A program made the position numbers and the translations under genes. Source: an uncultured Acidimicrobiales bacterium (GTDB lineage Bacteria > Actinomycetota > Acidimicrobiia > Acidimicrobiales > SZUA-35). Taken from it: a stretch of 64,000 nt of DNA. This document shows, piece by piece, positions 20,701-29,794 of this stretch. The DNA is taken from contig CAKZXA010000004.1 in the NCBI GenBank assembly GCA_937922045.1, forward strand, positions 42,878 through 106,877, in the 5' to 3' direction. Numbering within the stretch: the stretch's first letter is position 1; the number at the start of each line of letters is the position of its first letter. Below the pieces are notes generated by a model. That model did no database searches and was not told the DNA's origin. It worked only from the letters and a program-made list of their open reading frames with translations.

Positions 20701-21336
20701 CACAACCTTCAACGCCGACCAAAGACCGGTCGCTCGTGACATGGCCAATCCGTGCAAGCCAAGCTCTAAACACTCCGCCACCGACGCCGGGTAAAGCACC
20801 GGCATGTGCAGATCGGCGAGCGCAGCATCCGACGATGACGGCATCGTCGACGACTTGGCCGATGGGTCATCACCGACGATGGCGAGCGCTCCTCCGGTCG
20901 CGCTTGATCCGGTGAACACCGAGTGACGCAGGGCGTCGGTTGCCCGGTCGAGGCCTGGAGCCTTGCCATACCAGATGCCGGAGATACCGTCGTAGCGGCA
21001 GTCTGGCCGGGTGGCGGCCAGCTGTGACCCCATCACAGCCGTCACCCCAAGTTCCTCGTTTACCGCTGGCAGATGGTGGATGGGAAACCCCTCACCGGCT
21101 GCTCGGATAGAGCGGGGAATTTCTTGATCCAGGCCCGCAAGTGGCGAGCCCGGGTAGCCGGAGATGAAGGCCGCTGTGTTGCGGCCGTTGGCATAGTCGA
21201 GACGCAGCTGCTCGATCGGAAGTCGAGCGAGGGCCTGAATACCGGTGAGGAACACCGTCCCCGACAGGGCTCGGTAGCGATCATCCAAGCGGTACTCGTT
21301 GGCGGGACCTGCCGATAGATCATCTCGAACACTCAT
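17758..21336 (-). CDS. Single-chain indolepyruvate:ferredoxin oxidoreductase family protein
   Basis: SGYPGSP, WYGKAPGLDR, FCSGCPH, GDGTYFHSG (TPP), CEGCGDC, GVGGTGVVT, KLMAYKDEYEVAR. Confidence 0.95.
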   Translation of the reverse strand: MSVRDDLSAGPANEYRLDDRYRALSGTVFLTGIQALARLPIEQLRLDYANGRNTAAFISGYPGSPLAGLDQEIPRSIRAAGEGFPIHHLPAVNEELGVTAVMGSQLAATRPDCRYDGISGIWYGKAPGLDRATDALRHSVFTGSSATGGALAIVGDDPSAKSSTMPSSSDAALADLHMPVLYPASVAECLELGLHGLAMSRATGLWSALKVVTAVADGSGTVGLPVLLNDPIRPTTTIDGVEWRAQPSAQLLGPRMVEVEREFHEVRTELALRYGIENGLNRIAVDPPRPRLGVLATGFTFGETVEALRRLGVEGEAAVARAGIRLLNLRMPLPFDAGLIRRFASGLDRIIVIEEKNPTLERLVRDALYTHSHRPDVVGKIDLDGERLLPSHGRLDADVISPALRRQLLPLLGEELAPPPPVPRERIPLAVVRAPAFCSGCPHSWGMKVDEGAVVGMGTGCHGMGLLMDPERVGDSLGVTAMGNEGMQWLGMEPFVETEHIVQNLGDGTYFHSGQLAVQAAIGAGSRMTFKILYNHTVAMTGGQDASHQVTPQTMATILLQQGAKRVIITTEDVERYRNLRLPDDLRPLLAVMDRTRIVEAQQELAAIDGVTILINDQGCAAETRRDRKRGLIDTPKTRVFINHRICEGCGDCGDVSGCLSVQPVHTEFGRKTRIDQASCNIDLSCLHGDCPAFVTVNVDDLAVDPLAGGPVNNLGHGGSILLDEPLPEPPIGTGGAVVRLAGVGGTGVVTVAQILSTAAMLAGRQVAGLDQTGLSQKAGPVVSDVVISPESAVSGSAVSGSAVSGSAVSGSNLAGTGQADVVLAFDQMVAAADGALTAVGPQTRVLASASRPPTGAQVVNPTLEADSMEAYAARFGAASDHAVEVFDTALVAQHLVGSAATANICLLGVALQAGLLPLDRASIGKAIELNGVAVEANLAALEWGRRYASDREAVEAVLASASASGSSGAPSAAPALSPALLSRTNAAIEGAQFGVDDARSLTTRVADLVAYQDEAYAGRYLDLVDLALTAGDNDLAMSVARGFHKLMAYKDEYEVARLMLLEGALPVPKGTKLRWHLHPPLLKALGLENKVRVPSAASPAFVVLAKAKRLRGTRLDPFGRNHLRKLERELVDEYEAFMKTALVHADAAGPQRLAVLAELAEAPLAIRGYEDLKLQRIELYRRRVIALRSEL
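18902..18961 (-). repeat. 4 x 15-bp in-frame tandem repeat encoding (SAVSG)4
   Basis: gaccctgacactgct x2, gatcctgacactgct, gatcctgacactgcc. Confidence 0.95.
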
Positions 21337-21432
21337 CTCGAAACAGTAACGCTTCTAAGCGTTTAGGATCAGTATTCCTTATGAATCAAGATGATTTACA
21401 GTGTTAAGGCTGAATTGCTAGACTTTCTGCTT

Positions 21433-21921
21433 GTGGATGCCGATCTAGATGAGCTCGACAAGAAGATTATCGACGTACTGATGCGTAACGCGCGGCTCTC
21501 GATTCCAGCCCTGGCCGACGAGGTCGGCACCAGCAGGGCCACGGCCTACAACCGCTTCGATCGCCTCGTCGGTCAGGGAGTCATCACCGGCTTTCACGCC
21601 GCGGTCGATCCCGAGGCACTCGGTTCGGAGATCGCCGCCTTGACCTTGGTAAAGGCGGCCCAGCAGGGCTGGCCTTCGCTGGCGGAAGACCTGGCCGCAG
21701 TACCCGGCGTTGTCTGGCTCGGATTGAGCGTTGGCACATCGGATTTCGTTCTGCTGCTCCGAGCCCGCAGTCTTCGACATCTACGAGACTCGGTGTTGGA
21801 AGGCTTGCTCGGCATACCCGGGGTCGACAGCATCGAAACCCGAGTCCTTCTCGACGAGACCACACCGTCGGGGCTTCCCTTCGGCCAGCTATCGCCGATC
21901 GATGACGTCCGAAGTCTTTGA
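21433..21921 (+). CDS. Lrp/AsnC-family transcriptional regulator
   Basis: LDELDKKIIDVLMRNAR...VGTSRATAYNRFDRL...GVITGF; divergent from IOR; GTG start inferred. Confidence 0.92.
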   Translation: MDADLDELDKKIIDVLMRNARLSIPALADEVGTSRATAYNRFDRLVGQGVITGFHAAVDPEALGSEIAALTLVKAAQQGWPSLAEDLAAVPGVVWLGLSVGTSDFVLLLRARSLRHLRDSVLEGLLGIPGVDSIETRVLLDETTPSGLPFGQLSPIDDVRSL

Positions 21922-21935
21922 TCTTGATCTAGCTA

Positions 21936-23906
21936 TCAGCGGCGGCGCGACCGGCGTTGCCGCCACCGCCGCAATCCTCCACCAGCACCGAGGAGCAAGA
22001 GGCCGCCGCCAACGCCGGTTATTCGGCGTTGCCCTGACCGCTCGGCCGCGTCCACCGCATCATCCAACCTGGCCGAGGCCTCGTTCATCTCGTCGAACTG
22101 ACCGGTGGTGTAAAGAGCTCGCACGAGCTGGCGGTCATGATCGAGTCCGCCTCCAGCGAGCCCGAACCTCTCAACGAGGCTCAGGCTCTGATCGACCGAG
22201 TCGAGTTCGAGGACAAGAGCACCGCTGGCCACCAGCTGCTCTCCGACCTCTGCCACGTCTTCGGCTGAGGCCGCCTGCTCGAAGGCTTGCTCCAATGCCA
22301 TCGGAACGTCGAGCTCGGCGACGACCAGGGCGTCGGCCAGGTCATCGCGTTGTTTTACCACGGCGGTGGCGGCCGACATCGCCGTCTCGGCTTGATCGAA
22401 TGACCATGTCGCCAAGGCGTTCCGTACGACGAGTGGCGGATGCCAATCACCGGCATCGGTTTGCAAGCTGCGATAGTTCTTCAGCGCTGCCTGCCTCTGC
22501 TCGTAGGACTCGTTCCATCCGCCATCGACCCAGGTCGCGACCATGTCGGCTAACGCTGCATCGGGAGCTGCCTGTTCGAAGTAGTCGAGCAGGCGGAAGG
22601 ATTCAGAACCTCCGGCTGAGGTGTCGGCCAGGTCCCCGTAGGGAGAACGTCCAGCGAGACGGGCGCGGACGGCCGAGAGGAAGGCTTCGGTTCCTATCTC
22701 TGAGCGGATCGTACGCAACAGCTGCCACGAGGCGTCGTATTCCCACGACTCAACCTCGGGGTCCTGGCTATCCCATCCAGACAAGGGCCTGGCGACCTCG
22801 TCGTCGAGCGAGACAAGGCTGGCCTCAGACGGTTCGCCATCGGCCACGGCGAGAGCTGCGAACTCGCTGGCCAGCCCTTCGATGACCCATCGATCCGACA
22901 GCGAGCGATGGTTGATCCATACGTGGGCGATCTCGTGCAGTACGGTCAGGTCGTCGATACGCGGCCCGATCACGATGAGATTCTCGTCCTCGATATACCA
23001 GCCGGCGTAGCTGCTGCCGAGAGGCACCGCCGACTCCTGGATCGTAAGCTCACGATCGGGCCAGGGCCGGTCGATGAGTTCACGCAATGATCCGAGATGA
23101 TCGTCGATCTCGCCGGTGACGTGATCCAACCACTGTTCATCCCCGGGCCAATACCGTAAGACGATGTCGGTGCCATGGGCGGTAATCGACTGTTCGACCA
23201 TGCCAGCTTCTCGTTCAAACAGCACGAAGGTGAACAGCCCGTCGGAAGCGCCGGAAGCCTCAAGGACCGTCGTCGACGTTTCTGCCCCATCGCTTCGACT
23301 GAAGGGAGACGGGTAGTCGGGCCGGCTGATCAGCTCATAGCCGTCGGGGGCTTCAATGGTGGCCTGCCACGAGTCCAGGCCACCGTCGGTGAAAACAAAC
23401 CACCCTGCGCTCGCCGGGTTAACGATTACCGCGGTTTCAGCGGATTCGAGCCTGAAGTTGGCGAGATCATCAGGCAGGGAGTATCGAGCCGTGACCGTGG
23501 TGGATTGACCGTAGAACACCCTGCTTCGGAGCTTGACGGTGACCAGATCGAACCCTTCGACATCGAAGGGGTTTCGGCGAATCGATAGCGAACCCGACCG
23601 ATCGGCTATGTCGAGCTCGACCGCAGCCGCTGGCACCACCATCTGATACTCAAAAAGATAGTACTGATAGACCCCGGCATCGGTTCGTTCATCCGGACGG
23701 GTCGCTTCAATATCGATCTCGACGACGACATCGACATCGCTACCGTCGGGATCGAGCACATAGCTGTACTCGCCATGCACACGGGCTCCGTCGTCTCCCT
23801 CCGCCTGCGCAACCGACAGAGGAGTGGGGGTAACGAGGTGCGGCACGTCCTGAACGGGAACCAGAAAAGCGAGGGCCAGCAAGAAGGTGGACATCGTCGC
23901 AGCCAA
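21936..23906 (-). CDS. Secreted, membrane-anchored gluzincin-like Zn metallopeptidase
   Basis: Signal peptide; HEIAH...WVIEGLA; C-terminal hydrophobic segment followed by an Arg-rich tail. Confidence 0.65.
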   Translation of the reverse strand: MAATMSTFLLALAFLVPVQDVPHLVTPTPLSVAQAEGDDGARVHGEYSYVLDPDGSDVDVVVEIDIEATRPDERTDAGVYQYYLFEYQMVVPAAAVELDIADRSGSLSIRRNPFDVEGFDLVTVKLRSRVFYGQSTTVTARYSLPDDLANFRLESAETAVIVNPASAGWFVFTDGGLDSWQATIEAPDGYELISRPDYPSPFSRSDGAETSTTVLEASGASDGLFTFVLFEREAGMVEQSITAHGTDIVLRYWPGDEQWLDHVTGEIDDHLGSLRELIDRPWPDRELTIQESAVPLGSSYAGWYIEDENLIVIGPRIDDLTVLHEIAHVWINHRSLSDRWVIEGLASEFAALAVADGEPSEASLVSLDDEVARPLSGWDSQDPEVESWEYDASWQLLRTIRSEIGTEAFLSAVRARLAGRSPYGDLADTSAGGSESFRLLDYFEQAAPDAALADMVATWVDGGWNESYEQRQAALKNYRSLQTDAGDWHPPLVVRNALATWSFDQAETAMSAATAVVKQRDDLADALVVAELDVPMALEQAFEQAASAEDVAEVGEQLVASGALVLELDSVDQSLSLVERFGLAGGGLDHDRQLVRALYTTGQFDEMNEASARLDDAVDAAERSGQRRITGVGGGLLLLGAGGGLRRWRQRRSRRR

Positions 23907-24024
23907 CCAATCCCTCCTCTAGATCTCAACGCCGAGGCGTCACCCGGTCTCGGGAGCTTTCCGCCTCCGATATCGCGCGCACAAGGCAATCCGCGAGTAA
24001 CAGATCCTAGTCCATGGCTTCGGT

Positions 24025-24870
24025 CTACAGACCGTCGCGCAGGGCAGGCAGGTCAGGAAAGTCGGCTGGCCGCTTTTCCATCGTGGCGGCGAAGGCCTCA
24101 GTCATATCGTCGGTGTCGAACATCGCCGCGTTCCAGGTTGCGATGTAGTCGAGCGAATCAGCGACAGAATGCTCGCGGGTGAAGTGAATCGTCTGCTTGG
24201 TCCCCCACACGGCAACCGGTGCTTTTGAGGCGATTTCAGCCGCGATCTCTAGCACCCCATCGACCAAGGCCTGATGGTTGGGAAAGATCTTGTTGACGAA
24301 CCCGGCCGCCAACGCCTCTTCGGCCGACCAACGACGTCCGGTGTAAGCGAGCTCTTTCACGATGCCCTCAGCGATGAGTTTTGGCATGCGTTGCAGGGTC
24401 CCGACGTCGGCGGTCATCCCGATGTTGACCTCGGCGATACTGAAGTAGGTCGTCTCATCGGCGTATCGCATGTCGGCCGCGCTCACCATGTCGATGCCAC
24501 CACCGACGCACGCTCCCTGGATTGCGCACAGCACAGGCATCCGGGCTCGTTCAAAGGCGGTGAAGGAATCTTGGAGCTTCACGGCAGTCGATCGAAAACC
24601 TTCGTTGCGCCGGCTGCGATGCGACGACTTCTTCGATGGTCCGACGTCGCCGTTCGAGGCGAACACTTCGAGATCCATGCCGGAACTGAAATGTTTGCCT
24701 TCGGCCGATACCACCAGGGCACGGACCGTACCCGATGCCGAAAGTTCATCGACGATCATCGGCAGGTCCCGCCAGAACGACGGCACCATCGAATTGGCCT
24801 TCTCCGGTCGTGTCATCTTGAGGTGAGCGATCTTGTCTGTCACCTCGAGGTCGAAGCACTCGTATCCCAT
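24025..24870 (-). CDS. Enoyl-CoA hydratase/isomerase (crotonase, ECH1-like)
   Basis: FSSGMDL, GACVGGG, EVNIGMTADVGTLQR. Confidence 0.95.
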   Translation of the reverse strand: MGYECFDLEVTDKIAHLKMTRPEKANSMVPSFWRDLPMIVDELSASGTVRALVVSAEGKHFSSGMDLEVFASNGDVGPSKKSSHRSRRNEGFRSTAVKLQDSFTAFERARMPVLCAIQGACVGGGIDMVSAADMRYADETTYFSIAEVNIGMTADVGTLQRMPKLIAEGIVKELAYTGRRWSAEEALAAGFVNKIFPNHQALVDGVLEIAAEIASKAPVAVWGTKQTIHFTREHSVADSLDYIATWNAAMFDTDDMTEAFAATMEKRPADFPDLPALRDGL

Positions 24871-24897
24871 AGACCGACCCTAGCCAAGCGGTCAAGG

Positions 24898-24927
24898 TCA
24901 GGCCTCATCAGGCCTCATCAGGCCTGA
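24898..24927. repeat. 3 x 10-bp tandem repeat tcaggcctca
   Basis: tcaggcctca tcaggcctca tcaggcctga. Confidence 0.85.
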
Positions 24928-24935
24928 GACGACAC

Positions 24936-25106
24936 TCAGCGACGAAGCAGCGGCACCATCACGACGGCAACACCGACAAAAAACAGCACGCTGGCGACGA
25001 ACGAAAGCACGTCATCATTTCGCCACGCCACCACGGCGAAGAGGGCACAGCCAACAAGCCACATCGAGTAGCCGGAGAGGTTGAGTATCCAGTCACGTCC
25101 ACGCAC
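24936..25106 (-). CDS. Small two-TM membrane protein (56 aa)
   Basis: MRGRDWILNLSGYSMWLVGCALFAVVAWRNDDVLSFVASVLFFVGVAVVMVPLLRR; TAGGGT 7 nt before the GTG. Confidence 0.65.
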   Translation of the reverse strand: MRGRDWILNLSGYSMWLVGCALFAVVAWRNDDVLSFVASVLFFVGVAVVMVPLLRR

Positions 25107-25153
25107 GTCGACCACCCTAACTTCACTTCGCCCCCGGACATGTATCCCGAACG

Positions 25154-26779
25154 CTACGACAGCTCGAAGCCGGGATAGCCAGCCGCTGCCGTCTCCGCAA
25201 GCTTGGCCAGGTAGCCGTCGACCAGAGGGTAGTTGAGCAGCTGCCGAGGCTTCCCCGGAACGTTCGCTCCCATGTACCAAGAGTCGGCTTGGCCGAAAAG
25301 GGTGGCAGCGGCGATGGCGTCGCAATGCTCACTCCATGCCGCGTCGGCTTCGGGCGTCGACTCAAGGCGCGTGTAGCCCTCGTCGCGCATGTGGCGAAGC
25401 GTGTCGACCACCCACTCCCCCTGCAACTCCGCACAGGTCGGCCCGTTACAGAAGGCCGTGGGACTCTGAGGCCCGTAGAGGAACAGCAGATTGGGAAAGC
25501 CAGCGGCCGCAACCCCAAGATTGAGCTGCACCCGGTCGGCCCAGTACTCAGCGAAGGACATGCCGTTTCGGCCCTCGACGCCGAGTTGGCTCAACCCGCC
25601 GGTGTTGGCGTCGAAGCCGGTAGCCAACACGATCATGTCGAGCTCGAAGCTGCGATCAGCGGTTCGGACACCGACCGGTGTGACCTCCGAAATCGGATCA
25701 GCCTTGACATCGACGAGCGCCACGTTCGGCTGGTTGAAGACGTCGTAGTAGTCCTGCTCAAGCGAGGGCCGCTTGGTCCCAAAGGGGTAGGGAGGATCGG
25801 TGGGCGCCAGCAACTCGGCGACCGCAGGATCTTGAAGACGGGCTCTGGTCTTGTCGCGCCAGAAGTCATAGGACGTTCGATTGGCTTGCTCGTTGGTCAG
25901 GATGTCGTTGAACGTGGCCGCCCAGAAGTGAAAGCCACCCCTGGCCCAGGCTTGTTCGTAGACCCGGTTCCGTTCCGCTTCGTCGACGGACATAGCCGAG
26001 ACGTTCAGCCTGATCAGGTCGGCGAAACTGCCGGGCGGCTCGTTGCGAACACGGAACATCTCGGCATAGCCGAGCTTGGCTTCATCCTGTTCCTCGACAC
26101 TCATCGTTGCCTGCTGCATGGCCAAGGCCATCACCGGTGTGCGTTGGAAGACGGTTAGTTCCGCTGCGGTCTTCGCCGCCTCCTGAACCACCTGAACACC
26201 ACTCGCTCCCGTGCCGATCACGCCAACCTTCAACCCATCGAAGGACTGGCCGCTTTGAGGCCAGCGGGCGGTGTGGTGACAGATACCCTCGAAGCGTTCC
26301 AAGCCAGGGAGGTCGGGCACGTAGGGCTTGGCCGCAAAGCCGGTGCAGACCAGCAGATGACGGGCCTCTGCGGTGACCCCCGAGCTGGTCTCGACACTCC
26401 ACCGGTTGGCGGTCTCGTCGAAACGAGCATTCTCCACTCGCGTCTCGTAGTAGATGTCAGGAGCCAAGGCCAAGACATCGACGACGTGGTGGAAGTACCG
26501 TTGCAGTTCCGGCTGGCTGGGAAAGCGCTCGGTCCAGTACCAGTCACGCCAGATCTGCTCCATCGAGAACTCGTAGTTGGGCACGTGGGAATCGACCCGA
26601 GCCCCGGGATAGCAGTTCCAATACCAGACCCCGCCGGGACCAGCCCCAGCCTCAAAGACGGCAACGGAGAAACCTTCCTGCCGTAGGCGGTAGAGCTGGT
26701 ACAGCCCGTTGAAGCCGGCGCCGACCACGGCAACATCGACCTGGCCAAGGTGCCCAGCCGGGTCCTTTCCGCTGGTCAC
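25154..26779 (-). CDS. Type I Baeyer-Villiger monooxygenase
   Basis: GAGFNG, GGVWYWNCYPGARVD, fingerprint FEGICHHTARWP, GTGASG, SWYMGANVPGK. Confidence 0.95.
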   Translation of the reverse strand: MTSGKDPAGHLGQVDVAVVGAGFNGLYQLYRLRQEGFSVAVFEAGAGPGGVWYWNCYPGARVDSHVPNYEFSMEQIWRDWYWTERFPSQPELQRYFHHVVDVLALAPDIYYETRVENARFDETANRWSVETSSGVTAEARHLLVCTGFAAKPYVPDLPGLERFEGICHHTARWPQSGQSFDGLKVGVIGTGASGVQVVQEAAKTAAELTVFQRTPVMALAMQQATMSVEEQDEAKLGYAEMFRVRNEPPGSFADLIRLNVSAMSVDEAERNRVYEQAWARGGFHFWAATFNDILTNEQANRTSYDFWRDKTRARLQDPAVAELLAPTDPPYPFGTKRPSLEQDYYDVFNQPNVALVDVKADPISEVTPVGVRTADRSFELDMIVLATGFDANTGGLSQLGVEGRNGMSFAEYWADRVQLNLGVAAAGFPNLLFLYGPQSPTAFCNGPTCAELQGEWVVDTLRHMRDEGYTRLESTPEADAAWSEHCDAIAAATLFGQADSWYMGANVPGKPRQLLNYPLVDGYLAKLAETAAAGYPGFELS

Positions 26780-27321
26780 CTGGCGCTCGGCGGTATTCGC
26801 TGCAGGAGCATGGTCGACCAGTAGACACCGTCTTTGAAACCGACCTCATCCTGAACGGCCTGGGTCGTGAAACCAACACGATGATGAAGCGCAACGCTCG
26901 CTTGATTGGGTAAAGCCACGATTGCATACTGGCGGTGCACGCCACGCCTGTCCAACTCACCGAGGAGGGCACGGTACAGGCTGCTTCCAAGCCCACGACC
27001 GGTGGCGTCGCCGTCGAGCACGATCGTCGTCTCTACCGACGAGTCGTAGGCCGCCTTCAGTCGGTATCGACTGGCCCACGACGCTCCGACAACATAACCA
27101 TCCACCTCGCAGACCCATGCGATCCAGGGATAGCCGTCGTCGCCCAAACCCTCTTCATACAGCACCCACCACTGCCGACGCTGCTCCAGGCTCCACGGTT
27201 CGGTGTCGAACGACACGTGCGAATCAACGATGTACCGGTTGTAGATCTGCGTAATCCGGGGCAGATCGTCGGCCGTTGCCGGCCGATATCTCGCCACGCC
27301 AGGCGCCGGTACTGACATCAC
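26776..27321 (-). CDS. GNAT N-acetyltransferase (YncA/MnaT/phosphinothricin acetyltransferase-like)
   Basis: IYNRYI..SHVSFD, AYDSSVETTI, GRGLGSSLY, PNQASVALH..GF, VGFKDG. Confidence 0.9.
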   Translation of the reverse strand: MMSVPAPGVARYRPATADDLPRITQIYNRYIVDSHVSFDTEPWSLEQRRQWWVLYEEGLGDDGYPWIAWVCEVDGYVVGASWASRYRLKAAYDSSVETTIVLDGDATGRGLGSSLYRALLGELDRRGVHRQYAIVALPNQASVALHHRVGFTTQAVQDEVGFKDGVYWSTMLLQRIPPSAR

Positions 27322-28271
27322 GACCGTGTGCTGTCGGTGGTTTCCGGCCCCGCTGCCCCATGGCGCACGTAGGTAGACGTGAGCTCGCGACGCACGAAGT
27401 CACCGAAGACCACCGGCTCGAACCGGGCGGGCCCAGATCCCAGAGGCTCGATGCTCGTCGACATATGCGGATCGTAGAAAAAGGCGCAGGAGTAACGCTC
27501 CTCATGTGGAGGACTCACGACCCGGTGAGGGGTAGCGACCAACCGTCCATTGCTCCAGCGGTGCATCATCGAGCCGGTGTTCATCACGAAAGCCCCCTCG
27601 AGTGGCTCTATGGCCACCCATTGTCCTTCCGGCGAACGGGCCTCAAGACCGCCAACACCATCCTGGGCCAGCATCGTGATGGCTCCGAAGTCTCGGTGAG
27701 GTGCTGAACCATAGAAGCCCTCCCCCGCCGTTCGCTTGCTCGGCGGGTAGTGCAGAAGCCGGAGCCAGGTCGTCGGGCGGTCGAAGGGTTCGGCCAGCGC
27801 ATCGGCCGCGAAGCCGAGCCCGACCAGCATCAGGCCGACCAGGCGCCCGCAGAGTGCACCCATCGCCTGGTCGTACATGGTCAGGGCCGACCGAAACCCT
27901 GGCACGTCGGGCCACTGGTTCGCTCCGGCTAGGTACACGCCGTTGCGCACATCAGGATCATCCGCGCCGGCCTCGTTCATCATCATGAACGAGGCGCTCT
28001 GATTGGGCGTTGACACATCGGCCAGGGTCGAGGTTCGATCGGTCGACTCATCGATCGGGATGTAACCTCGGTGGTTGCTGTCGACGGCCACCGCCATTTT
28101 CGACTTCAACGGTTGAGCGTGGAACCGGTGGGAGGCGTCGAAGACAGCATCGACCAGGGCGGGATCGATCCCATGACCGATGATGTATCCGAAGCCGAGA
28201 CCGCTATAGGTTTCGACGAGCTGGTCGGCGACGACGGCTTCGTCACCCGAAACGTCGATGACAGGCATCAC
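27318..28271 (-). CDS. 2OG-Fe(II) dioxygenase, isopenicillin N synthase-like
   Basis: LRLLHYP, HRDFG (HxD), WSNGRLVATPHRV, RYSCAFF. Confidence 0.92.
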   Translation of the reverse strand: MMPVIDVSGDEAVVADQLVETYSGLGFGYIIGHGIDPALVDAVFDASHRFHAQPLKSKMAVAVDSNHRGYIPIDESTDRTSTLADVSTPNQSASFMMMNEAGADDPDVRNGVYLAGANQWPDVPGFRSALTMYDQAMGALCGRLVGLMLVGLGFAADALAEPFDRPTTWLRLLHYPPSKRTAGEGFYGSAPHRDFGAITMLAQDGVGGLEARSPEGQWVAIEPLEGAFVMNTGSMMHRWSNGRLVATPHRVVSPPHEERYSCAFFYDPHMSTSIEPLGSGPARFEPVVFGDFVRRELTSTYVRHGAAGPETTDSTRS

Positions 28272-29626
28272 CGGTCGAGCGCCGCCGCGGCCGGGCGGAC
28301 CCAGCGATCGAATTCATCGAGGGCGTCATCGAGCTTGTCGATGAGCTCATCGACCTCCTCGTCGGAGGAATTGATTGGCGGTCCCACGAGGAGGTGATCG
28401 CCCTCATAGCCGCCGCGAGTTCGCCCTGGATAGAGGATCAAGCCTCGGTCATAACAGAGCTCGGCCAAAACAGTATTGGCATCGAGCTCGACAGGCAGGG
28501 GATCAAGCGACGACGGGTCAGCCACAAGTTCGAGCCCAAGCAAGGCACCCTTGCCTCGAACATGGCCAACGTTGTGATGCCGATCTCGCAGCTGTTCAAG
28601 CCCGTCCAGCAATCGATCGCCGATCGCTTCGGCTCGTCCACAAAGATCGTGCTCCACCACCTCGGCCAGAACAGCCCGGCCCGCGGCACAGGCCAATGGG
28701 TTGCCGGCATATGTGTGCCCGTGCACAAAGCCGCCCTCCTTGGCGATTGGTTCCAGAACACGATCGGACGTGATCATGGCACCCAAAGGCACGTAGCCAG
28801 CTCCTAGACCTTTCGAAACGGCGGCGACATCAGGTACGACACCCCAGTGTTCGGTAGCGAGATAGCGACCGCAGCGACCCAGCCCGGACATCACCTCGTC
28901 GGCGATGAGAAGCAAGCCGTGGCGATCGCAGATCCTCCGGATCTCGGGCAGGTAGGTTTCGGGTGGCACATTGGCCCCGGTCGACGCCCCACCGACGGGT
29001 TCCATCAGAAAGGCGAGCACGGTCTCCGGGCCCTGAGCCACAATCTCGTCCTCGAGCATCCGGGCATAGTGCAGGCCCCGGTCTTCGGCCGATAGCTCAT
29101 CGTTGTCGAGATACGCCTGGGGGGCAGGAATCTTCGGCATGACCTGGATCATTGGAGCGAAGGGATCGAGCCGTTGTTGATGACCGGTCACGGCCAATGC
29201 CCCGAATGTTGCGCCATGATACGAAGGGGCCAGGGAGATCACCTTGGTTCGATCTTCCTGGCCCATGGCGATCGCCCATTGGCGTGCCACCTTGATGCAG
29301 GCCTCGACCGCCTCGGATCCGCCCGACACGAAGAAGACTCGTTCCAGCTCACCCGGCATGACGGCTGCCAGCTCATGAGCAAGAGCTTCGGTCGTTTCGT
29401 TCACAAAGTGCATGCGGTAGGCGAAGGTGGTCGTTTCCAACTGATCGCGCATGGCCTGAAGAACTCGAGGATGGGAATGACCGATGTTCACCGCCAGAGG
29501 GCCGGATGACCCGTCGAGAAATCGCCGCCCGTCCTTGGTATAAATCATGCTGCCAACGGCGCGGTCGATGGCCGGCCGCTTCACATCATTGAGGTAGAAA
29601 AGATGGGATTCGTCGCTGACTACCAC
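28268..29626 (-). CDS. Class-III PLP aminotransferase
   Basis: FLDGSSG, SGGSEAVE, SYHGAT, IADEVMSGLGR, SKGLGAGY; GTG start after TACCTT-N6. Confidence 0.93.
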   Translation of the reverse strand: MVVSDESHLFYLNDVKRPAIDRAVGSMIYTKDGRRFLDGSSGPLAVNIGHSHPRVLQAMRDQLETTTFAYRMHFVNETTEALAHELAAVMPGELERVFFVSGGSEAVEACIKVARQWAIAMGQEDRTKVISLAPSYHGATFGALAVTGHQQRLDPFAPMIQVMPKIPAPQAYLDNDELSAEDRGLHYARMLEDEIVAQGPETVLAFLMEPVGGASTGANVPPETYLPEIRRICDRHGLLLIADEVMSGLGRCGRYLATEHWGVVPDVAAVSKGLGAGYVPLGAMITSDRVLEPIAKEGGFVHGHTYAGNPLACAAGRAVLAEVVEHDLCGRAEAIGDRLLDGLEQLRDRHHNVGHVRGKGALLGLELVADPSSLDPLPVELDANTVLAELCYDRGLILYPGRTRGGYEGDHLLVGPPINSSDEEVDELIDKLDDALDEFDRWVRPAAAALDR

Positions 29627-29794
29627 GCCCACAAGGTAACACTCTCGCCCCACGATGGCGAAGAAGAGAAGGCCTTCAGACAAACCGGCCGAGAGGTCCG
29701 ACCGTCGCCGCGATCGTTGGCATCGAGCCGACTATCGGCCGCATGAGCGGTGGCGTTGTCTCCAACCGCAACCACTCGGCCGTCTTCGACAGCG

